This document shows, one piece after another, positions 21,505 to 28,838 of a stretch of DNA of 64,000 nucleotides (the first letter of the stretch is position 1; every line of letters begins with the position of its first letter). Where the stretch lies: positions 4,311 through 68,310 of the forward strand of contig JBLMWC010000066.1 in assembly GCA_050257015.1 (NCBI GenBank). Reading direction: 5' to 3'. The stretch comes from Bacillota bacterium (lineage in GTDB: Bacteria; Gemmatimonadota; Gemmatimonadetes; Gemmatimonadales; GWC2-71-9). Below the pieces are notes generated by a model. That model ran no database searches. It saw only the letters and a program-made list of their open reading frames with translations, and was not told where the DNA came from. The position numbers and the translations under genes were made by a program.

Positions 21505-22796
21505 GTCCGCTCCAGCACCATCGCGTATCCCATGCCGCCCTGCGCGCAGATTGAGATGAGGCCGAACTGGACATCCCGCCGGCGCATCTCGTTGGCGAGC
21601 TGGGTGGTGAGCCGGGCGCCGGTGGCGGCGAACGGATGGCCCACCGCGATCGAGCCCCCCATCACGTTGGTGCGGTTCCAGTCCACCTCGCCCACCGGAC
21701 CGGAGAGGCCGAGTCGCTCGGCCCACGCCGGCGAGGCCCAGGCCTGCACGTTGGAGAGCACCTGCGCGGCGAACGCTTCGTGGATCTCGACCAGACCGAG
21801 CTCGGACCAGCCGATCCCCGCGCGCGAGAGCGCCTTCGGCACCGCGGTGGCCGGGCCCATGAGGAGCTGCCACGCCGGGTCCACCGCCGTGACGGCGTAG
21901 CTCCGGATGTACGCAAGCGGCTCGTACCCCAGCGCGCGGGCCTTCTCGTCCGACATGACCAGCACCGCCGCCGCGCCGTCGGTGAGCGGTGAGGAGTTGC
22001 CGGCGGTGACCGTTCCGTAGCGCCGGTCGAAGACCGGCCGGAGGTTCGCGAGCGCTTCGAGCGAGGTGTCGGTGCGGATGCCGTTGTCGCTGGTGACGAC
22101 TTCGTCCATCCCGCGTCCCCCGAACCACGGGATGATCTCCGCCGTCATCCGGCCGTCGGCGGTGGCGGCCGCGGCCCGCTGATGGCTCATCAGGGCGAAC
22201 CGGTCCTGCGCGTCGCGGCTGATGCCGTTCTCCTTCGCCATCTTCTCGGCCGATTGACCCATGCTCTCGCCGGTGGACGGCTCCGCGATGGCGGGGGTGA
22301 CGGGGATCAGGTCGCGGGGGCGGACCCGGCTGAACGCGGACAGGCGCGCACCGAAGGACTTTGCCTTGCTGGCGTCGACCAGCGTGCGGCTGAAGCGGCG
22401 CGAATGCAGGACCGGGATGTCCGAGAGCGACTCGACACCGCCGGCGAGGATGACGTCGGCGTTGCCGCGCTCGATCTGGTCGGCGGCGTTGGTGATCGCC
22501 TGGGCGCCGGACGCGCACGCGCGGTTGAGCGAATAGCCCGGAACGGTGAACGGGAGCTGGGGAAGGAGACTGACTTCGCGGCCGACGTTGGGGGTGAGGA
22601 CCGAGACCACGACCTGGCCCCAGATGACCTCGTCCACCGCGCGGCCATCGAGCTCCGCCCGGTAGAGCAGCTCCTTCGCGGCCTCGCGCGCGAGCGCCAC
22701 GGCGGGCACGTCGCGGAAGATGGTGCCGCTGCGGGCGAACGGTGTGCGCACCCCCGCGACGATCGCAGCGCGGCGGGATGGCGGGACAGTCGACAT
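21501..22796 (-). CDS. acetyl-CoA C-acyltransferase (3-ketoacyl-CoA thiolase)
   Basis: Active-site region NRACASGAQAI. C-terminal ISICAQGGMG. 431 aa. Confidence 0.9.
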   Translation of the reverse strand: MSTVPPSRRAAIVAGVRTPFARSGTIFRDVPAVALAREAAKELLYRAELDGRAVDEVIWGQVVVSVLTPNVGREVSLLPQLPFTVPGYSLNRACASGAQAITNAADQIERGNADVILAGGVESLSDIPVLHSRRFSRTLVDASKAKSFGARLSAFSRVRPRDLIPVTPAIAEPSTGESMGQSAEKMAKENGISRDAQDRFALMSHQRAAAATADGRMTAEIIPWFGGRGMDEVVTSDNGIRTDTSLEALANLRPVFDRRYGTVTAGNSSPLTDGAAAVLVMSDEKARALGYEPLAYIRSYAVTAVDPAWQLLMGPATAVPKALSRAGIGWSELGLVEIHEAFAAQVLSNVQAWASPAWAERLGLSGPVGEVDWNRTNVMGGSIAVGHPFAATGARLTTQLANEMRRRDVQFGLISICAQGGMGYAMVLERT

Positions 22797-22869
22797 GTCA
22801 CCCTTTCGCGGTATACTCTTCTATACTCGCACCGTCCAAAGGAAGCATTTGCGCGCCCGGGCAAGATAA

Positions 22870-24507
22870 TTGAACGCTCCCCACGGCGTGATCGCATCGA
22901 AACGCGCGGAGCTCACGGCGCTCGCCGCCGAGCCGGTTGATCTGCTGATCATCGGCGGCGGCATTACCGGCGCCGGCATCGCCCGGGACGCCGCGATGCG
23001 CGGGATGTCGGTCGCACTGGTGGAGCAGCGGGACCTCGCCTCCGGTACCAGCTCCCGCTCGAGCCGGCTGATCCACGGCGGGCTCCGCTATCTCGAGCAG
23101 CGCCATCTCCGGCTCGTCTTCGAGGCCGCGCGCGAGCGGCGGATCCTGCTCGAAACCGCCTCCCACCTCGTCTGGCCGCTCGAATTCCTCTTTCCCATTC
23201 ACCGCGGTGACCGGGTTCCGCTCTGGAAGCTCGCGGCCGGCATCTGGCTGTACGATCTGCTCGCGCTCTTCCGGAATGCGCGGCGTCATCGCATGGTCGG
23301 GAAGCGCGGCGCGCTCGCGGCGGAGCCGATGCTCCGCGAGCGGGGCCTCACCGGCGCCGCCTTCTACGCCGACGCGCAGTGCGACGACGCCCGCCTCGTG
23401 ATCGCCACCGCGCGCTCCGCGATCCAGTACGGCGCGCAGGTCGCCAACTACATGGCGGCGCGCTCGCTGATCATGGCAGACGGTGCGGTGGTCGGCGCGG
23501 AGGTCGAGGACACGCTCACCGGCGAGCGGGGGCGCATACTCGCATCCGCGGTGATCAACGCCGCAGGCCCGTGGAGCGACGCCGTCCGCCGGATGGAGGA
23601 CCCCCGCGCACGGCCGCTCCTCCGGACGACGAAGGGAGCGCATATCGTCGTACCCCGGGATCGGATCGGCCACCGCCACGCCATCACCTTCCTGAGCCCG
23701 ATCGATGGGCGCGTGATGTTCATCCTTCCCTGGGGCGAGCTCTCCTACATCGGCACCACCGACACCGAGACCGCGGAGCCGCCCGAGGCCGCGACCGCGA
23801 GCGAGGAGGACGCGCGCTACCTCCTTCGCTCGGCCAACGCGCGCTTTCCCGGCGCGCATCTGTCGGAGGAGGACATCGTCTCGAGCTGGGCCGGGCTCCG
23901 GCCTCTCGTCCGCGACGATTCGGGGGCCGCGTCGGACAACTCGCGCGAGCACGTGATCGTCGACGGCCCCGGCGGCCTCATCACCGTCACCGGCGGCAAG
24001 CTCACGACCTATCGCTCGATGGCAGCCGAAACGGTGGACCACGCCATCCGCACCCTCCCGCCGCGCCGGCGGGGCGGGTGGCCCCGCGAGTCGGGCACGG
24101 CGCGGGAGCCGCTCCCGGGAAGCGAGGCCCACGATCTCGCCGCGTTCCGGACGCGGGCGCTCAGCGTCGGGCTCAAGACCGAGACGGTCGAGCACCTGCT
24201 GCGGGCCTACGGCACGGAATCGGCGGGGATCATCAATCTCGGCATGGCCGACCGCACGCTGTTCCAGCGAATCCACGTGCGGCACCCCGCCATCGCGGCC
24301 GAGGTGGTGCACGCCGCACGGCGCGAGCTGGCCCGCACGGTGGAGGACGTGCTCGTCCGCCGCCTGCACCTCTACTACGAGCTGGCCGACCACGGCCTGC
24401 CGGCCGCCGGGCGGGTAGCCGGACTGCTGGCGTGCGAGCTGGGATGGGATGCGGAGCGTGCGAGCCGCGAGGCGGCTCGCTACGCTGATTTCCTCGGCGG
24501 GAACTAG
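22870..24507 (+). CDS. glpD: FAD-dependent glycerol-3-phosphate dehydrogenase
   Basis: DLLIIGGGITGAGIARDAAMRG...LASGTSSRSSRLIHGGLRYLEQ. TTG start as given by the ORF track. Confidence 0.9.
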   Translation: MNAPHGVIASKRAELTALAAEPVDLLIIGGGITGAGIARDAAMRGMSVALVEQRDLASGTSSRSSRLIHGGLRYLEQRHLRLVFEAARERRILLETASHLVWPLEFLFPIHRGDRVPLWKLAAGIWLYDLLALFRNARRHRMVGKRGALAAEPMLRERGLTGAAFYADAQCDDARLVIATARSAIQYGAQVANYMAARSLIMADGAVVGAEVEDTLTGERGRILASAVINAAGPWSDAVRRMEDPRARPLLRTTKGAHIVVPRDRIGHRHAITFLSPIDGRVMFILPWGELSYIGTTDTETAEPPEAATASEEDARYLLRSANARFPGAHLSEEDIVSSWAGLRPLVRDDSGAASDNSREHVIVDGPGGLITVTGGKLTTYRSMAAETVDHAIRTLPPRRRGGWPRESGTAREPLPGSEAHDLAAFRTRALSVGLKTETVEHLLRAYGTESAGIINLGMADRTLFQRIHVRHPAIAAEVVHAARRELARTVEDVLVRRLHLYYELADHGLPAAGRVAGLLACELGWDAERASREAARYADFLGGN

Positions 24508-24959
24508 TCCTCGACCTTGACGTGGCCCTTCATCCCCAGCGCCGCGTGGGGATCGCACTGGAAGTAGAAGGTCCCTTCACCGAACGTGAGCGGGATATCG
24601 ACCGTCTGCCCGGGGAGCTGGAGGAGGTCGCTCGCCGGCGGCAGGTTCGACCGGCCCGGATTCGAGTCCGCCAGGAAGTGCACGTTGTGCACGCCGACCT
24701 GGAGCGTGAACCGCAGGATGTCACCCTTCTTCGCCTCGATCTCGGCGGGCGAGAAATAGTTGCCCTTCTCGTCGGTGATCAGGTTGATGACGATCACCTT
24801 CCCGGCCGGGGCGGCTTCGTGCTCCTCGTGCTGCTCCTCCTGCTTCGCCTCTCCCTTTTCATGCTCGGCGCCCTCTTTGCCGCCGCAGGCGGCCAGGCCG
24901 AGCGTGGAAAGCGTACCGGCCACGAACAGGAAGCGCCGGGCGATGGATCGCGATGTCAT
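24504..24959 (-). CDS. cupredoxin (plastocyanin/pseudoazurin-like type-1 copper) lipoprotein
   Basis: ORF 24504..25292 trimmed to ATG 24959. Lipobox LGLAAC. Glu/His-rich linker. T1Cu ligand pattern VHNVHF...FQCDPHAALGM (C-x2-H-x4-M). Confidence 0.8.
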   Translation of the reverse strand: MTSRSIARRFLFVAGTLSTLGLAACGGKEGAEHEKGEAKQEEQHEEHEAAPAGKVIVINLITDEKGNYFSPAEIEAKKGDILRFTLQVGVHNVHFLADSNPGRSNLPPASDLLQLPGQTVDIPLTFGEGTFYFQCDPHAALGMKGHVKVED

Positions 24960-24994
24960 GTGGTTCCTCGTGAAGGTGAAATAGGTCCTGCGTA

Positions 24995-25792
24995 TCAGAA
25001 ATCCTTGCGGGCAAAGGCGCGCGCCGCCAGTCCCAGAGGCGCCACCACCCAGACCAGCAGTGCCCCGACCGCGATCGCCGTCCCCCGCGCGCTTCCGAAG
25101 AACTGCTGGAAGACGGCCCCGGTGTACCCGAGGAGCGCCGCCACGTCGAAGCGGAGGAGCAGCACCACCCGGGCCAGGTCCACCGGATTGGCCAGCATCG
25201 CGCCCAGCATCGGACGCTCGAGCGGATAGTCGGCGAAGGTGGAGACGAGGAGGAGCACCACCGCGTCGTAGACCACGGCGGTGAGGAGCCACACGCCGAT
25301 CGCCACCCCCAGTCCCTTGAGCCGGTCATCGGCGCGCACCGCAATGAGCAGCGCGATCGCCCCGAAGACGAGCGTCAGCAGCGTGCCGATCCCCAGCACG
25401 GCGAGGAGGGTGCCGGCGGCGTCGGTGGCGCCGTGCACCGCGAACGGAATCGCCACGCCCGCCACGAATCCGAGCGCCAGCGGGCCGACCAGTCCGGCGT
25501 AGAGCCCGCCGAAGACGGCGCGCCGGCGGACCGGCTGCGCGAGGATCAGCTCCACGAACTCCCGGGCGTTGTAGAGGTACATCGTGCCGAAGACGATGGT
25601 GACCAGCGGGACGATGAAGAGGACGACGTCCACGAGACTCAGAAGCGCGCGGCTCCCGCCGCCGCCGAAGCGGAAGAGGGCGTCGGTCAGCACGAGGAAG
25701 AAGAGCGCGTAGGCGATGAGCCAGCGGCTCCGCGCCACGTCGCGCATCTGGTAGCCCGCCACCCGCCGCATCGCGGCGGCACCCCCGATCAT
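24995..25792 (-). CDS. nosY: NosY, ABC-2 type permease of the nos cluster
   Basis: Six-helix hydrophobic protein. ATGA overlap with the nosF stop. Position and order in the nos cluster support the call. Confidence 0.8.
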   Translation of the reverse strand: MIGGAAAMRRVAGYQMRDVARSRWLIAYALFFLVLTDALFRFGGGGSRALLSLVDVVLFIVPLVTIVFGTMYLYNAREFVELILAQPVRRRAVFGGLYAGLVGPLALGFVAGVAIPFAVHGATDAAGTLLAVLGIGTLLTLVFGAIALLIAVRADDRLKGLGVAIGVWLLTAVVYDAVVLLLVSTFADYPLERPMLGAMLANPVDLARVVLLLRFDVAALLGYTGAVFQQFFGSARGTAIAVGALLVWVVAPLGLAARAFARKDF

Positions 25793-26499
25793 GCAGCCTC
25801 CCGGATCATGAGCTGCGCGATGGCGCGCTCCAGGTTGACCTGATGGGTGCGCCGCTTGAGCTCGTCGAGCGGCCCCGCGAAACGAATCTTGCCGTCCAGC
25901 AGCACGGCGACGTCGTCGGCCAGCTCCTCGAGCTCGCTCATGATGTGCGACGCGATCACCACGGTGCGGCCGCCGGCGCGCTCGAGCGTGATCTTGTCCT
26001 TCAGGATGCTGCTCGAGATCGGATCGAGCCCGGCGGTCGGCTCGTCGAGAATCATCAGGTCCGGCGCGAAGAGGAATGCCATCACGGCGTTCACCTTCTG
26101 GCGCGTGCCGCCGGAGAGGGTCCGGAGCGGCTTGTCGAGCTGCGGCTCGAGGCCCAGCAGATGGATCAGCGTCTCGTCGGGCGCCGCGCCAGCGCCGCGA
26201 AGTCTGGTCAGCAGCTCCAGCAGATGCCGGGCCGAGAGATTCTCGGGGAATCGCGCGATCTGGGGCATGTATCCTATGCGGGCGCGCCAGGCGCCGTCGG
26301 GCGTCGTCGGCCGGCCGTCCAGCATGATCCGCCCGCGGTCGGGATGGGTGAGGCCGAGCATGATCTTGATCAGCGTCGTCTTGCCGGCGGCGTTGGGGCC
26401 GACGACCGCCGTGACCCGCCCTGGCCGGACGCTCAGATCGAGCCCGTCGAGGACGGTGAGACTCCCGAACGTCTTGGAGACCCCGACGACGTCGATCAT
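25789..26499 (-). CDS. nosF: NosF, ABC transporter ATP-binding protein
   Basis: Walker A GPNAAGKTT, signature LSGGTRQK and Walker B LMILDEPT. ATGA overlaps on both sides. Confidence 0.85.
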   Translation of the reverse strand: MIDVVGVSKTFGSLTVLDGLDLSVRPGRVTAVVGPNAAGKTTLIKIMLGLTHPDRGRIMLDGRPTTPDGAWRARIGYMPQIARFPENLSARHLLELLTRLRGAGAAPDETLIHLLGLEPQLDKPLRTLSGGTRQKVNAVMAFLFAPDLMILDEPTAGLDPISSSILKDKITLERAGGRTVVIASHIMSELEELADDVAVLLDGKIRFAGPLDELKRRTHQVNLERAIAQLMIREAA

Positions 26500-27743
26500 C
26501 GGCCGCCCTCCGGTCGGGGACGGACGAACGGGCGCATCGCCGGCCGCTCGTCGGCCAGCGTCTCCGGCGTCAGGACCGGGAGCGCGCGCTCCGCGACGTC
26601 CAGCACGCGGACGAACACGCTCCGGAGCAGGAGCAGCGACGGCTCGTTGTGCTCCACGATGAGCGAGAAGAGCCGGACGGGACGGTGCGGCACATCCCCG
26701 TAGCCGTCCCGGCCGAGATCGTAGCCGTGGTACTGGTCCCAGTAGTTGCCGGCGAAGATGCTGGAGGTCTCGCGGCTGTTCGTGGTCACGTCGAAGGTAT
26801 TCCCGATGAAGTTGTTGCCGCTGAAGCGCGCGTCGGCCGAGCTGGCGGTGAGCCGGACGGCCCAGCCGTCCTCGATGAAATCGTTGTCGCGCGCCTCGAG
26901 GCGGTTGGCCCCTTCGGCCACGAGCCCGATGGTGTTCCGCGCGAACCGGTTCCCGATCACGCGGCTGTCGCTCATCTCCTTGAGGAGGAGCCCGTACGCC
27001 GCGCTGCCCCAGCTCTCCTCGAAGCGGTTCGCGACCATCTCGACGTGGCTCGAGTACATCACCGCGACGCCCGACCCGTTGGCGCGGAAGAGGTTGCTCC
27101 GGTAGTGGCAGCCGTCGGAATACATGAAGTGGAGGCCATAGCGCAGGTTCCGCTCGCTGGTGTTGCCGCGGATCTCGCTCCCCCGCACGAACTCGAAGTA
27201 GATCCCGTCACGAAAGCCGGTGATCGTGTTGCTCTCGATGGTGACCGAATCCGACGACCAGAGGTGGATCCCGTTGCCCGAGCCGATCTCGGTGCGGCCC
27301 GCCGCGCTCAGCACGTTCCGCGCGATGCGGCAGTGGGTGCTCCGGGCGAGGTAGATCCCGAAGAACCCGTTCTCGACCCGGTTGTCCTCGATCACGCATC
27401 CCCGTACACCGACCGCCTTGACCGCCGCCCGGTCCTGCGTAAAGCTCGCCCCGACGTTGCGGAAGACGAGGCCGCGCACCGTCACGTCGTCGGCCGTGAT
27501 CGTCATGAGCTGCCGCCCGCCCTCGCCGTCGAGGATCGCGCCGCTGTCCCCCGCGATTTCGACCGCACGAGTCACCTGGATCGTCGGCTCGCGGTAGACA
27601 CCGGCCCGCACGACGATCCGGCCGCCGGCCGGCGCGAGCGCGAGCCCCTCGGTGATCGTGCGCACCGGTCCCGACGGCGAGACCACGACGGCCGGCCTCC
27701 CGGACACCTGAAGCAGCGCGAGGATCGGGACGAGTGCCATCAT
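26496..27743 (-). CDS. nosD: NosD, periplasmic right-handed beta-helix copper-processing protein
   Basis: ORF 26496..28073 trimmed to ATGATG 27743 (ATGA overlap with the nosL stop). It has a signal peptide. The repetitive N-x-I/V-x-x-N beta-helix pattern is present (IEDNRVENGFFGIYL, IESNTITGFRDGIYF ...). Confidence 0.85.
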   Translation of the reverse strand: MMALVPILALLQVSGRPAVVVSPSGPVRTITEGLALAPAGGRIVVRAGVYREPTIQVTRAVEIAGDSGAILDGEGGRQLMTITADDVTVRGLVFRNVGASFTQDRAAVKAVGVRGCVIEDNRVENGFFGIYLARSTHCRIARNVLSAAGRTEIGSGNGIHLWSSDSVTIESNTITGFRDGIYFEFVRGSEIRGNTSERNLRYGLHFMYSDGCHYRSNLFRANGSGVAVMYSSHVEMVANRFEESWGSAAYGLLLKEMSDSRVIGNRFARNTIGLVAEGANRLEARDNDFIEDGWAVRLTASSADARFSGNNFIGNTFDVTTNSRETSSIFAGNYWDQYHGYDLGRDGYGDVPHRPVRLFSLIVEHNEPSLLLLRSVFVRVLDVAERALPVLTPETLADERPAMRPFVRPRPEGGR

Positions 27744-28186
27744 GGCGTGCGCGCCCCCGGCGCCGGAAGCCCCTCGCGCTGCACCATCGCCAGCACGTCG
27801 GACCAGCCGAGGGTGCCGTCGGCCGCGGCGCTGAGGCCGAGTCCCATCGGGCTGTTGCCTTCGGCATCCGGCGCGGCGCGGCGGAAGCGCGCGCGCTCCG
27901 CCGGCACCAGCCGGTCGTCCTGGGTCACCCAGAGGGACCGGGTGGCGGCGCGGTTCGCCAGATGGTAGGAGGCCAGGCATTCGATCGAGTCGAACGCGTA
28001 CACCTTGCCCTTCACCGTGATCAGCTCCGCTCCGTAGCGGGGATCGCTCACCGTCATGCTGCAGAACGCGCAAACGTCCCGGTCATAGGCGATCGGCCGG
28101 GGGCCCGGCGCGGCACAGGCCCCCAATAGCAGCGCGGCCGCGCACCGTCCGCGGCCGGCCACCGTACGGAACGCCGAGCGTGTCAT
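27740..28186 (-). CDS. nosL: NosL copper chaperone lipoprotein
   Basis: ORF 27740..28531 trimmed to ATG 28186 (ATGA overlap with the upstream stop). Lipobox LLLGAC. DVCAFCSMTVSDPRYGAELI is a typical NosL core. Confidence 0.8.
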   Translation of the reverse strand: MTRSAFRTVAGRGRCAAALLLGACAAPGPRPIAYDRDVCAFCSMTVSDPRYGAELITVKGKVYAFDSIECLASYHLANRAATRSLWVTQDDRLVPAERARFRRAAPDAEGNSPMGLGLSAAADGTLGWSDVLAMVQREGLPAPGARTP

Positions 28187-28821
28187 CCGTGCCCCGTCAC
28201 GCGACGCCGGCGGAAGGCGAGCACGACCGCCACCACCACGAGCGCGAGCGACGCTCCCGCGGCCCAGCCGCCAAGCCCGGGCCAGGACGACGCGGTGAAG
28301 TTGAGCAGCTGCTTCGACCCGATGAGCGGCGGCTGGTAGCTCATGCCGGGAATCTTGATGATCGCCTGCGTCATGTCGAGGTTGTGCCCGTAGTCGTACT
28401 CCCATTTCCAGAAGTCCACGAGCCCCGCCACCGCGGTCGCCACGTACGCCACCGCCCACAGTACCAGCAGCCGGCGGCGGCCCGCCAGCGCGGTGATCAG
28501 CCCTCCCGCGATCAGCGCCGCCACAATCCACGGCATGTAGCGCAGCTCGGGAATCGTGTCGGGATGGATCGTCTTCATCCCGATGTAGTGATTGAGGCCG
28601 TTGATGTTGTCGATGTCGGTCGGCGTCACGCCCGTGACGGTGTTCACCCGGATGTGCATGCCGAGCCCCTCGGGGTACTGGGGCGCGACCAGACGGACAT
28701 TCCAGAGCGGCGATACGTACACCACGGCGAGCAGGAGCGCTGCGAGGGCCGCGAGGAGTCTCGGGCCGCGCCCGAGGCGGGTGCGTACCTGCACCGCCTC
28801 GCGCGCGTCCGCCCGCTCCAT
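28183..28821 (-). CDS. integral membrane protein in the position of clade II NosB
   Basis: ORF 28183..29043 trimmed to ATG 28821, 17 nt after the nosZ stop. There are 4 hydrophobic helices with a large loop. The call is made from synteny with published clade II nos clusters, not from motifs. Confidence 0.55.
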   Translation of the reverse strand: MERADAREAVQVRTRLGRGPRLLAALAALLLAVVYVSPLWNVRLVAPQYPEGLGMHIRVNTVTGVTPTDIDNINGLNHYIGMKTIHPDTIPELRYMPWIVAALIAGGLITALAGRRRLLVLWAVAYVATAVAGLVDFWKWEYDYGHNLDMTQAIIKIPGMSYQPPLIGSKQLLNFTASSWPGLGGWAAGASLALVVVAVVLAFRRRRVTGHG

Positions 28822-28838
28822 GCCCAGCGGGACCGTGG

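Noticed and set aside
19348-21900. Very long ORFs lie antisense to real genes. Examples are 19348..21900 (+), 22798..24558 (-), 28875..30887 (+), 34693..37023 (-), 42156..44582 (-), 5257..7254 (+), 6911..9139 (+) and 59433..60716 (+).
   Set aside because: Their translations are Arg/Pro/Gly/His-rich low-complexity sequences with no motifs. The opposite strand carries unmistakable enzymes in each case. These are typical shadow ORFs of GC-rich DNA, where stop codons are rare.
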